A DNA stretch of 64,000 nucleotides, from contig NC_058368.1 in the NCBI RefSeq assembly GCF_018350175.1, forward strand, positions 78,494,001 through 78,558,000. Reading direction: 5' to 3'. Position 1 is the first letter of the stretch. Each line of letters starts with the position of its first letter. The translations under genes and the position numbers were made by a program. Shown here piece by piece: positions 39,177-50,260 of this stretch. Below the pieces are notes generated by a model, which saw only the letters and a program-made list of their open reading frames with translations, was not told where the DNA came from and did no database searches. The stretch comes from Felis catus. Its lineage: Eukaryota.

Positions 39177-39398
39177 AGGAAGCCTGGGTGGCTTAGTTGG
39201 TTACGCGTCCGACTTCGGCCCAGCTCATGATCTCACGGTTCGTGGGTTTGAGCCCCATCTTGGGCTCTGTGCTGACAACTCAGAGCCTGGAGCCTGCTTC
39301 AGATTCTGTGTCTCCCTCTCTCTCTGCCTTTTCCCCACTTGCTCTCTGTCTCTCTCTCTCTCAAAAATAAATAAACTTAACAATTTTTTTGTAAAAGA
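39177..39398 (+). mobile_element. Can-SINE
   Basis: Head, (CT)n, A tail. Confidence 0.9.
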
Positions 39399-39619
39399 AA
39401 AGTTATAGCAGGTGTATGTTTCCAGGATAATGTTTTAACAAACGACTTTCATTAATTTTTAAAAAACTAGATTTTTAACCCCTTGTGTTCAATATTAATT
39501 AGGGATTTGTTTCTTGAAGAACATCTCTTAATGGCAAGGCCTTATTTGATTTTAAGCAAAACATAGACTATTTGAACAGGAAGTGAATATGAACCCGTGG
39601 CTGTAACAAATGACTTAAC

Positions 39620-39823
39620 TCGTCAGAGAGGAGAGTGGCATTTCTATACCAAGGGACTTGGTAAGCTACATAAATGTTTCCACTTTGAGAATTAGCTAAT
39701 TGCTGTTATTTTCTGGCATTTGTTCATTAATCACTGTTCACATTTATCTCTTGAATAAATGACGGGTAACTTAAAGATATCATTGAGACACCTCTGTGGC
39801 TTTAATATCATTTGATAGATGGT
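39620..39823 (-). pseudogene. CACHD1-like relic exon, start of VWA domain
   Basis: tttttataccag acceptor; IYQMILKPQ ... VETFM*LTKSLGIEMPLSSLT resembles PIYVSTVRPQ...TDTQLQIAKDAAQVILSAID; frameshifts; 3' boundary uncertain. Confidence 0.65.
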
Positions 39824-39867
39824 CTGGTATAAAAAAGTAGATGTCAATTGGCCTCTTCTGATTTGCA

Positions 39868-40086
39868 TTTTTTAACTTTTCTTTTCTTTTTTTTTTAAAT
39901 TAATTTATTTTGAGAGAGAGAGAGAGAGAGAGAGTGAGCATGGGAGAGGCAGAGAGAGAGAGAATCCCAAGCAGGCTCCACAGTGTCAGCCCAGAGTCCC
40001 ATTCAGGGGCTCATGAACTGGGAGATCATGACCTGAGCAGAAGTCAAGAGTCAGTCGTTTAACTGACTGAGCTATCCAGGCGCCCC
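39868..40086 (-). mobile_element. Can-SINE
   Basis: TSD ctgatttgcat. Confidence 0.9.
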
Positions 40087-40196
40087 TGATTTGCATATGT
40101 TTCTAGGTAAAGATCTTTTTGTGTAGCAATGCACATATTATACAGATAGACTTTTCCACAAGAGATTTACACTGAGTGAAATTACTGTCTTTATAC

Positions 40197-40358
40197 CTCC
40201 TAATTGGATGGGCAAATCAGATGTAGGCAGGCTTTAAGCCATAGCCCTATTCCTGTGCCCTGAGACTTTAGTCCATATATGGACTATGTGGAAGAATCCT
40301 GATGTAAAATTCTCATACTTTATGTCCACCTGAGATCAATGTGAATTGTGCCAACTGT
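40197..40358 (-). pseudogene. CACHD1-like relic exon, first Cache subdomain
   Basis: tttttaatcag acceptor, gtataa donor; SQVDIKYENFTSGFFHIVHIW resembles SNPGIKWQYFSSEEGIFTVF; phase-2 end. Confidence 0.7.
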
Positions 40359-40444
40359 CTGATTAAAAAGCAGAGATTGTAACATTGGATTGAAAAAAAA
40401 ACAACAAAAAACCAAGACCTAATGATATGGTTTTTACAAGAATC

Positions 40445-40847
40445 TGTTGGTTTACAAACACGGAAGCCTCTCTGGTAAAATCTGGAATTGGCTCCCATAC
40501 CCAGAGGGCAAGGAAAGACAGAAGGAAGAGGCCGGCTGTTCCAGATGGGAAGGTAGAAGTTTTAATGCGTGAAACTTTACCTTAGAGGCTTGTCTTGGGC
40601 TGTGGCAAAATCAGTAGGTTTCTCCATCTCCCTACCAGGATCTTAAAGTTTATATAGAGGCTTACCTGGCATGCAGGCACGGGGACCATCCCGATGATCT
40701 TAACAGCACAATGCTGCTCAGGGGCTGCGTCTGTGAAGACAGAACGTACATTCCAAGAACAGGGGAGGGTGTGGGGGCCTCTGATCGCCCCGGGGCCAAC
40801 TCACAGGTCAACTGGTGGTCACATCCTCTTGACGCCCACCTCCAACA
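40445..40847 (-). mobile_element. Solo LTR inserted in an old L1 ORF2 fragment
   Basis: TGTTGG...CCAACA termini, 5-bp TSD gaatc/ggatc; L1 endonuclease-like sequence resumes on both sides (~40410-41185). Confidence 0.7.
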
Positions 40848-41185
40848 GGATCACACTTTACATATAAAGTTACAAATAGTTTAAAGGTGAAAAGATGAAA
40901 TGAGATATGGCGCTGACACTAATCAAAAGAAAGCTGGGTGGCTGTATCAGTATAAGAAAAAGTAAATTTCATCTCAAGGAATATTCTGAGGGATAAAGCA
41001 GATTGTTTCCAAATGATAAAGGGGTCAGTTCCTTAGGAGTATGTGACAGTTCGACACATTATGCACTGAAAACAGAAATTCTAAATATGCGACATGAAAA
41101 CCGACAGGTCTACATGAAGAAATACGGAAGTTCGTGGTTATGGCTGGGGATTGCGACCCCCCCCCCCCAAATAATGGATAAGACA

Positions 41186-41530
41186 GTGTCTTAGTTTGGG
41201 TCGCTATGACAAATGACCACAGGCTGGGTGGCTCATCAACAACACAAACTTATGGAAGCTGGCGGTCTGACATCAGGGTCTGGCATGAGGGTTCCTGGGG
41301 AAGACCCTCCTCTGGGTTGCAGGGGACTGTCTTCTCATTGTGTCCCCATGGGGCAGAGAGCTGACAAGCAAGCTCACTGTGTCTTCTCATAAGGACACCA
41401 ATCCTCTTGAAGGGGGCTCCATCTCGTGACTTGATCACCTCCCAAAGTCCCCCTCCTTCTAACGCCATCACACTGGGGTTAGGATTTCAACATACAAATG
41501 TTGGGAGTACACAAACATTCAGTCCATAGC
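41186..41530 (-). mobile_element. MLT1A-type LTR
   Basis: tgtcttagtttgggtcgctatgacaaatgaccacaggctgggtggct...aacattcagtccatagca. Confidence 0.8.
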
Positions 41531-42111
41531 AAATAGATAGAGAAACCAGACTTTCACACAAATTGTAAAGCAGGGTAATCCCTGCAGTGTGTAACTGTGC
41601 AATGGCTTAGAAAACGCTGTGTCCAGGTAATACACACGACATTCTCCATTTGTTGACTCCTACCAATGCTTGTAGGGACACGACTGATGTGGACGTGTTG
41701 TTTTATTGGGAATGCATGTCTCTGTGCCCCAAACTACTAAGAATTAGCAAATTATTTCTGTGCTTAAATTTCCAGTTTGAGAACAGTCTATTAGAGGACA
41801 GATTAGGAGTGTAGTAAAGTACAAAGAAGTCACTGCACACACTTTTCCATGGGATGAGACTCAGTAATTGATGTTCTGAAAAGTGACAAAAACTTTTAAG
41901 TAAAGACGTGCACGTAGCCAGGTTCTCTGGGGTTTCTATTTAAGACATTCTTCTTTTACTAGCCTGTCCCTCAGGGGGTTGCCGAGCTGGATCATGCCCG
42001 TTTCTGCAAGAGAGAAATAATTACTATTTCAGAATCCGATGTCTCCATGTAAACAGAGGGCTCGCCAACGGCAGACCAGCATTTGTATCTCACTTTACAG
42101 AGGAAAATTAC

Positions 42112-42221
42112 CTTCGGGAACTGAACCAATATTGACGTTCTTAATAATATATTGCCTTTATGCTTGGATAGCAGAATCATTTTTTAAAACCTTATCAAAG
42201 TCAGTTGTGTATTTGAAGCCA
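42112..42221 (-). pseudogene. CACHD1-like relic exon
   Basis: caccacag acceptor, gtaatt donor; GFKYTTDFDKVLKNDSAIQA*RQYIIKNVNIGSVPE resembles MMEFDGNFNTNV...FNPG. Confidence 0.6.
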
Positions 42222-42568
42222 CTGTGGTGACTGATGAGGCAGAGTGTGATGGGAATAGTTAGAATACAAATACGATATTGTTTGTGATCAATGGGTTTTC
42301 TTTATATATTTCTCTCACACTTTTTTCTCATAAGGTACTAACATAGAAACTTAGATATATAACAGATACAAACACTTATCAAATATATAACCTATATTTG
42401 AGAAGGATAAGCACCTTAGTGTTATAAAACATAAACTGTCCTGTTGAATCCACTTTAGTATATTAACTGGCATCTCTTGCTTGATATTATAGTCTTGGGT
42501 GCTGGCTACCAGAACTAACTTTTGATAAATTTGTGCAAGTTTCTCCTACTGTAGAAATCCTGCAGTAT

Positions 42569-42752
42569 AGGGGCCCCTGGGTGGCTCAGTGGTTAAGGGA
42601 CCAACTCTTGGTTTCAGCTCGGGTCATGACCTCACGGTTCCTGGGATTGAGTCCCGATTTGGGCTTTTCACTGACATTGAGAGCCTGCTTGGGATTCTTT
42701 CTCTCTGTCTCTCCACCCCCCCTCAAAATAAATAAACTTAAAAAAAAAAAGA
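42569..42752 (+). mobile_element. Older Can-SINE
   Basis: Diverged head and A tail. Confidence 0.8.
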
Positions 42753-42826
42753 AACTTAACAATGTAGAGAGAAACAGAATGGTTTCAGATAAAATGCCAC
42801 ACAGTAAGTATGGAAATGGGTAATAC

Positions 42827-42978
42827 TCCTCACAGCACATTTGCTATTTCTTGGTGCCAGTGTATAAAATGCCAAGAAAACCATTATGTGCTGAAGTATT
42901 TATTTTAATTCAGAATCACTTACTAGTCCATATTATCCTTAGTGCCATGGTTGAATTGCTTTCATAAATTCACTGATT
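42827..42978 (-). pseudogene. CACHD1-like relic exon, N-terminal helical region ending in CC motif
   Basis: tttacag acceptor; KQFNH/ALRIIWTSK...*QMCCE resembles EKFNRYLDVVNRNK...QDCCT; frameshift and stops; weak gtatta donor. Confidence 0.7.
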
Positions 42979-43374
42979 CTGTAAATTATTTTTGTGAGAA
43001 TGAAATCTGAGTTGGGACTACATTCTTGTCACATTATGTGTGGAAAACACCTTCATATACGTCATGTCATAGCATAGAGGGTAACTCAATCGATCCTTAA
43101 GACACCTTAAAATTCACAAAATTTATTTCAGTGCATGGAAAAATATGAAATCTAAGTGAACATTACGACGGTATCTCAGAATCGTCCTTTAATCCACTCC
43201 CGAACATGCAGGGGCTAACACCACGTAAGTAGGAAATTTTCTGAACGCCACATTGTTTTTTACATATTCATGTATCACGTATTTTGGATAAGAATATTCT
43301 GAATAATTAATATGATTATAAAGTCATTTGAATAAAGTTATGTTATATACAAGACCCTTTGCGACTATATACTA

Positions 43375-43376
<2 letters not shown>

Positions 43377-43408
<32 letters not shown>
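43377..43408 (+). repeat. (TG)n microsatellite
   Basis: About 16 GT units. Confidence 0.9.
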
Positions 43409-43413
<5 letters not shown>

Positions 43414-44199
43414 TGTTTGTGTGCAGGCGCATGCACCACATTAACTTCAGAATTAAGACAGCCTAGAGTTCTCTTGGCGAAATGCGGACTCTTTACAGGG
43501 CCAAGCAGGAACAAAATTTGGGGGTGGGGGGTGGGTGGGCACGTCTTCTACTCTGTCATGAAAATTATAAACAGAGACCAGATGCCCAGAGAGAGCCTTG
43601 ACCTTGCCCGTGATTATCTTGTCCCACCTGAAATCCCTATTTTCGAGAATTCAGGGGAATCTCAAGGCTCCGTATGGCCTCTGAATCATCTCATCTCGTC
43701 TACTGACAACTGCCACAGTCCCCGCGATGGCCTTTGTTCTGGTCGGACTGTCCGGGGGGTGGGGAGGGGGATGCCCGCCCCAGGTCACAACTCTGGGTCA
43801 CGGCGCAGGAGACCCACGCCGGGGCCACCTCCTTCCCCTCCAGCGCCCAGTCCTCTTGCTGGAGTCGGGAAGGAAAAGTTGGACGCGGGAGCCCCATTCT
43901 TAGCCTGTCAGCAAAGCGAGGGGAGGGAGAAGCCGGAGGGGGGGATCGGAGGAGCGGAGAGAGGCGCGGTCTCGGCGCGGGAGAGCGTGGGCAGCAGGGC
44001 GGCCGGAGCCCCGGGCGACCACCCCGGCGGGAGCGGAGGGCGGCGGGAGCCGAGGGGCCGTGGCGGGAGCGGGGCAGGCGGCGCCCCCCCGGGGCCTGGA
44101 GCCGAGCCCCGCGGCCGGCGGGGCGCGCGGGGAGGGGCGAGGGCGGCCGCGGGTCCCGGAGGCGGGCTCCGAGCGGCCGCGGCCAGCCTCCCGCCGGCC

Positions 44200-44455
44200 C
44201 GGCTGCGCGCACCGCGCCCGCCCCGAGCGCGCCGCGGCCCTGGGCGCAGGGGCCCCGCGCACCCGCCGCACGCGCGCCCGGCGCACACGCGCAGCGCCGC
44301 GCCCGGAGCGGATCCCCGCGTTCGCGCCGCGCCCGGAGCGGATCCCCGCGTTCGCGCCGCGCCCGGAGCGGATCCCCGCGTTCGCGCCGCGCCCGGAGCT
44401 GATCCCGCGTTCGCGCCCCCGGCTGCACGCGTCTCTCGCGGACCTTTCTCGGCAG
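44200..44455 (+). other. Probable non-coding first exon of an unidentified + strand gene (start approximate)
   Basis: Strong donor CAG|GTAGGA at 44455/44456 inside the CpG island; no ATG within the exon. Confidence 0.55.
44294..44417 (+). repeat. 30-bp GC-rich tandem repeat, about 4 copies
   Basis: Unit gcgccgcgcccggagcggatccccgcgttc x3 exact plus one variant copy. Confidence 0.95.
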
Positions 44456-46786
44456 GTAGGACGGCGGCGGGGCGGCGGCGGGGCGGCGGGGTTCGGGGCG
44501 CGGGGCGCGGTCCCCGCCGCGGGGCGGTTGGCCGAGCAGCCTCGTCCGGGTCTGGAGGCCGGCGAGGCGCAGAGGCACCCCTGCCCCGCGGCGCCGGTGG
44601 CGACTCCGGGAGGGCGCGGGGGTGCTCGCGCCGAGGTCGCGGGGTGCCCCGCCCGAGAGCCGGCGTGGAGAGGGGGGCGTGGAGAGGAGGTTGGCGGTCC
44701 TTTCCGGGGAAGGGGACGCGGGGAGGTGTGTGACCGCGGAAGCCTCCCAACTCTGGACGTAGCCCAGGAGAGGAGGCGAAACTGGCAGTTTGCAGGGACC
44801 TGGAAGCCTGTGGTTGCGGCGGGAGGTGAGGGCAGCGGCGCGGGCACCTAGGGGACCCCCACTCCTCCCCGGAAGGCAGCAGGGGGCCGTTCTCCTCTTC
44901 TCTTTGGGGATGAGAAGGGGCCACTACTTGAGAGAACAAAGATGTAGGGGTGAAGGAGGGCTCCCTGGCCGTCGCCTCTCCCACTGATCCCACTGACCCC
45001 TGGCCGCGACCCCCGCCGGACGGCGTCCGCCCCATTGTCTGGGAGGGCCCGGGCCAAGTGGCGGGGCAGCGGTGGTACCCATCCGGGGCTCTTCTCGGCC
45101 CCCGCTCCCGCGGGCGCCGCCCACCTCCCCGGGGCTGGGGAGGACCCACAGGCTGGGTGCAAGTGCTGGGGTTTGGCCGGTGCCTTGTACGCCCCCGACA
45201 GGTAATGGGGGTGATCTTCATCAAGTTCTCCGGGCGTATCTGTGTCACTGAAAAGCTGGAGCCACTCGCTCGGCTCAGCTGTTTGGGGAGTGAGCCAATA
45301 CGTGTAAATTGTGTGTCCATCCTTTGCCACCTGGTAGAATTATTTCGCCCCTGGAGGAGAAGGGGTTGGCTTTTGCTAAGCAGGGCCGAGTAAAACTTAG
45401 CGGCTCTGAACCGGCGGGAGGAGAGTCCTTGAGCAGCAAGGCTGGAGAACAGGCGATCTCCATCCTGCCCAGCGCAGAAGCTCCCGGGGCGCGCTCTCCT
45501 GTTTCAGTCCTGGCTTGCTTTGAAGATCTGGTGAAATGTTTGGGGTCTCTGTTCCGATGAGGGTTAACATGCCTCGCTCAAGTTTGCCCTGGGTTCTTGG
45601 GGATGCAGTCCATCCATGCATCTCCTGGTGACTTACACTTCGAAGGGAGACTAACCACAAGAGACCCCAGAGCCACCGCGGAGCTCCCCAAACCGAAGCC
45701 ACATGACTGAGGCCAGGGAAAGAGCAGACCTCTTGGGCCATCAGGTTTCCTATCTAGGGGATCACTGCGTAGCTGCCAGAATAAATTACATTTCGCTCTT
45801 GGTATTTTAAAAGGCTTTGAAGGTAATTTGGCAACTGTGGGTTAAGGGTCCGCCAGAACAATTTGTCTGTTTGAAGTTGTTTAGTTTATTGAAGTTACAC
45901 AAGCCTGTGTAGTGTAGCTAACAGCTATGGCCCCTTGCCCCGTGTAACCAACCTGTGTGAGCAGAGGAGGTTTATGTGTGATAGACTTTTTGGAAACCAG
46001 AATATATGACATTGCTTTCGCGATAGTGTTAATACGCCCCCTGTGATATGTTACTTGGTGTAAAAATCATCCAGAGTGTGATATTTACTTACCAAAGGAG
46101 AAATAAGTTTAATCAATACAATTTCATCTAGAGGGCATAAAGCTATGTTTCTGTTTATCTGTGTCCTTTGAGAACTGGGGGAATGAAATTTGTTCAGTGC
46201 ATACTAAAAAAACTAAAGTGTTTTATTTTGCATGTGAAATAATACTTTAAATACGCCCCGCCACCCCCCCCCCCCCATACCCTCTGATCTGAGAATGCTT
46301 CAACATACAAGCTCCAGGCCATTAATAGGATCTGTGGATAAGTCAGTACTCCTGCAGATAAAGAAGATTGCCCGGCAAATGTGAGCTCACTGCAGATCAT
46401 GAACGTTCTTGAAGAAAAGAAGCATTTCCTCCCCGTTAAGCAATCAGGAGATAAAACGTGTGGAGTCAAACCATGATATACACTGCATTTGCGATCCTAA
46501 TATATATGTATATGTGTATGTGTGTACATAACTTGCGGGTCGTGTAATGTGTTAAAACATTTGCCTAAGTGAGAAAATATATTTCACTGGAACCAGGATG
46601 TTTGAAAATGATACGTCTTTATATTTGACCTGTGGTGAGTTGAACACCTCAAACATGTACCTGCCTTTTTGGGATCTTCTCACCAGGGCACAGGACTCAG
46701 AGGACTTAGGTCATTTTTTCAAGGTCAGAGAGCTAGGTCTTGGCAAGGTTACTGGGACTTCGTCTTTCTACCAAACAGCAGTGTCC

Positions 46787-47043
46787 AGTGATGTTAACAT
46801 TTCTTCATGTGTCTATTAGCGATCTGGATGTCTTCTTTGGAGAAGTGTCTATTCATGTCTTTTGCCCATTTCTTCACTGGACTGTTTTTTTGGGTGTTGA
46901 GCTTGATAAGTTCTTTATAGATTTTGGATACTAACCCTTCATCTGATATGTCGTTGGCAAATATCTTCTCCCATTCTGTCGGTTGCCTTTTAGTTTTGCC
47001 GATTGTTTCCTTCGTTGTGCAGAAGCTTTTTATCTTGACGAGG
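46787..47043 (-). mobile_element. Short L1 ORF2 3' fragment
   Basis: ggatgtcttctttggagaagtgtctattcatgtcttttgccca...tgtgcagaagctttt. Confidence 0.85.
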
Positions 47044-50000
47044 TCCTGAGATGGTGCATTTTAATAGCAGTGACTGATCTCTTCTATCCTCACCCTTTTC
47101 TCCTGTTGTTCCCTTTTCTCCAAGCCTTCTGGCCATTCCGCTGTTCTGTTCCTTTCTGTACTAGGAATAACACATCACTCTGGAAGAGTTTTGCAGAGCA
47201 AAGGGTGAGGCTGTCAAGGGAACAGGAGACCTTTAAATGAAAATTACTTATTTCATTTAGAAATGCATATGTAATTTACCTTTATGGATTAAAAAAGAAG
47301 GCCAGGTAATAAAAAAAAAGATGCCTTTCACACAAGGTGCACTGAGGCGAGGAAGCAGTCATAGGAAGTCAAGCGTCTTTACCGTTAGAACTTGAGAAGC
47401 AACACCGGGGCCATTTCTAAGTTGTTTTCCCACCTGGGTTCTCTTCCAATCGTCTCAGCCGCCCCTGGAAGGTGAGAATGGACATGGTCACTCATTCCAC
47501 ATTCCCAGTTTCCTGTCACTGAATTCTGTTCCTTCTCCTTCTGTAGACCCACCCGAGCAAAATTCAGGGCTCTTCCAGAACTTCCCTGCGGTGGGTGATT
47601 ATCACATTCTGTTCGGTCTCAAGTCGGTTTCCAGCCGTGCTCTTGCAATCTCCAGCCTGGGATGGGACCCTCAGTATGGATTCAGGCTATGCTTCTAGAA
47701 TATCAAACTAATGCATTCACTGAAATCAGGCACTTGGACTCACTGGCCTCTTTCTTGAAGCAGCGACTTTCTTTTTTCAGGGAAATATGCTGATGAGTTT
47801 TAGCCCATGGAAAGTGATACAAATTCATTAACATTTTTGTTGTGATATTTCCTGAGAATGGGCAGTCACTCAAGTACACAGGCACTTGACCTAGGAAAGA
47901 AGGTCGCACATCTCCAGGGACTAAGTATGTGCTGCCTGGGCTGCCTGATCTAGGTCCCCAGAGGAGCCTGGTAAGAGTGGGTTTCCTGAACCCACGAGAA
48001 TCTGGGTGGGACACAGGACTGTCCCTTCAGCCAACCCTGAGTGATTTCCGTGAGCACTGCATTTTAGAAGCTCTGTGCAGAGGGCGCTCGGGAGTTCATA
48101 TTTTGCCAGCTCCCGCCAGCTAGAATTACCTGGCTTTCCCAACACAGATAGTAGTGTGCACAGATAACTTGGTTATTCTCCCGTTTGATTACAGTAACTG
48201 GGAAGACCTGACAGTAAATCAGGAGGGTCTCAGGAAGTTTCGCTTCACATTATCCGCCTGTAACTAAACGTGCGCGTAGACAAAGGGTTGCCGTTTTCTA
48301 ATAGATGGTAAATTTCAAGTGGCACCGTCACATCAAGCTGATTTGTATTCTCAGCTGGGTTGCAATTCTTTCCGTATGATTGTGTTAACAAGAACGATTT
48401 TAAATGACCCGGTCTTTATAATTCCTGCAGTGCACTTGTGTCCTTGGATATGGAGGAAGCCGGGATAGAGTTGTCTAGACCACCCCCCTTCATTAGGGTT
48501 GCTCAGCCCCTTGCAGTGCGGCTTCCTCTCAGACCCTGCTAGAGAGACGGTCCCCCGCCCTCATCCTTGCTGCTGAACAGCGTGGACAGCAGACCTCTCA
48601 CCCCTCAGCAGCTCCTGGCTCCTTTGTCTCCTTCCGTGGCCTTTCTTCCCTTGAATCTCCTGCAGCTGGCTCTCCCCGTGGGCCCTGTTTCTCCTCTCCT
48701 CCCTGTCACGTTCTCCGCTTGCATGTGGCCCAGCCCCAGCTCCAGACCTGCACCTCCACGGCTTCCTCTTTGGGTGCTTCTAAGGCCCAAATCTGCCTGC
48801 AGGGCCCCTTACCTGGAGGCCCCATGCCTGCCTGTCTGACTTCAAGCAGAGCTCGGGATTGTCTCTTCCTCTCTCCAGGTCACCTCCCTTATTCCTGCCC
48901 CTCTCTCCCCTGCCCCAGCATCGGAAGCCGCCTCTGCAGCACTCTTCACCCGCCCTTCCCACCCCCTCTACCCCTGCTTCCTGCTTCTCTTGGTCCCCAG
49001 GTCCTCAAGGTTGATCTTGCAAACACTGCTGAGAGGAGCCTTCTTTGTTCTGACCTTTACCGGCTATGCTTGGTCAAGTCTTCATCTCCTTGTGGGGCTG
49101 AGGGCTGAGTTCCTAATTCAACTTGCTGGGCTCGGCTGTGCCCTCAGATCCGAGCACAGATGCCAGAGTGATTTATCTGAAATGCCAATTTGGCCAGGAG
49201 GCCTGTGGCTGAAAAGGCTTCAGTGATTTCCCATTACCCACGGCACCGAGCCTGTGCCGCTCTGCACACAGCCTGTGTGCTCCTGACCCCGTCCCGTCCA
49301 CCCTCTGGCCTCCCCACGGTCCCGACTCACATCTGCTACCTTGGACGGCACGGAGTTGCCTGTCGGCCCCCACCCAGAATTCAGCAGTTCCGAATGCGCA
49401 GACTTTATTCATTCTGTGTGCCGCGAACCTGCTTCTCACTCTGTTCAGCTGGGGTCAGATCCATAGCATCTTCCTGGAACACCCACACCCCACAGATGTC
49501 CCTTCCGACTCCACGCACGGCTTGTGCCTGTCCGTAGTGCTGCCTGCTGTGTTTGAATGCCTGACTTCCGCTCTCCTTCCTCGAGTGTCTCTGTGTTCGC
49601 GTGTGGCTTGGTAGGTGTTACATGAATGCATAGAATCCCTGCAAAAGGCAGGTGACTCAGAGCCCTGGAAATGCCTTTTGGAGACTCCAGCACTGACCGC
49701 TGTGTGTGTTTCATTCACGTGGAGTCCGTCTCACTTTACCGTGCCTCTCCTCTCTGCCACCAGCCCAGACCCTACCCCACGGATCTCTCCCACTGTGTCC
49801 TTCTCCCTCCAGTGAAAATCATCCCCTTATGTTACAGATAAGGAAAAGAAACCTAGAGAGACGACGGAGTAATGTATTCAGAATCACACCTGCTAGCTCA
49901 GGATAGATCAGGACTTGCATAAAGGTCTGGTTATTAATTCTGTGCTCTTATCACTAGGCAAAAATCTGGCTCTTTTTAAGAGAAAAACATTTTTTTGTTT

Positions 50001-50049
50001 TTGGCTTCTTTGACAAGTGCCCCACGGAAAACCGTCAGCAGCCAGTGGC

Positions 50050-50260
50050 AACACACTGGAGGCTGGGGGCAGGAGTGACCTGTGACTTCTTTGCGTTGTA
50101 GCCTGGAAGCTACGTGTGGTGTTTACATTTTTAAAAGACAGGAGAAGCCACGCAGCACAGCACAGCACGGCAGAGCATGTGTGACCCACCGGGACCCCGT
50201 GGTCCTCGTAGCCTCAAATACTTGCTATGTTGCCCCTTCCGGAAGATGTCTGCTGAGTCA
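50050..50260 (+). mobile_element. MER58-like hAT DNA transposon relic
   Basis: ccgtggtcctcgtagcctcaaatacttgctatgttgccccttccggaagatgtctgctga resembles a MER58 end. Confidence 0.5.

Larger units (their letters stand above)
23520..42978 (-). pseudogene. Unprocessed (intron-containing) pseudogene of a CACHD1-like VWA + Cache domain protein (divergent paralogue of CACHD1)
   Basis: About 18 AG/GT-bounded segments translate, in colinear order, to motifs resembling recalled human CACHD1: QMCCEE~QDCCTI, DIKYENFTS~GIKWQYFSS, IYQMILKPQ~IYVSTVRPQ, YFIPLAQHRLAEAV~FYTNLPNRMIDEAV, NFRHDLVATETTYAV*~SVRNEVMATSHVTDEW, PG*VITKPY~PGLISLTGPY, EVPVCNRD~LLPVCNQD, IRLARE~YRLARI, GNPHCE~RNPSCE, EFYAALINE~RFIAAVIER. 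Many stops and frameshifts. Confidence 0.85.
43750..45500. promoter_or_regulatory. CpG island / probable promoter
   Basis: Very high GC and CpG density, many GC-box-like motifs and GCGC repeats; sharp contrast with flanks. Confidence 0.9.

Noticed and set aside
23520..42978. Calling the locus CACHD1 itself or a processed CACHD1 pseudogene
   Set aside because: CACHD1 is highly conserved and intact in mammals, whereas this copy is only motif-similar and disrupted; the introns exclude a simple retrocopy.
43040..43760. Candidate exons 1-2 (signal peptide) of the relic gene
   Set aside because: Splice-like sites exist but no convincing peptide similarity or hydrophobic leader was seen.
43381..45393. 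Long overlapping ORFs (450, 470, 315, 292 aa) in the CpG island
   Set aside because: Open on both strands in several frames and rich in G/A/R/P; expected from stop-codon scarcity in very GC-rich DNA, with no recognisable domain.
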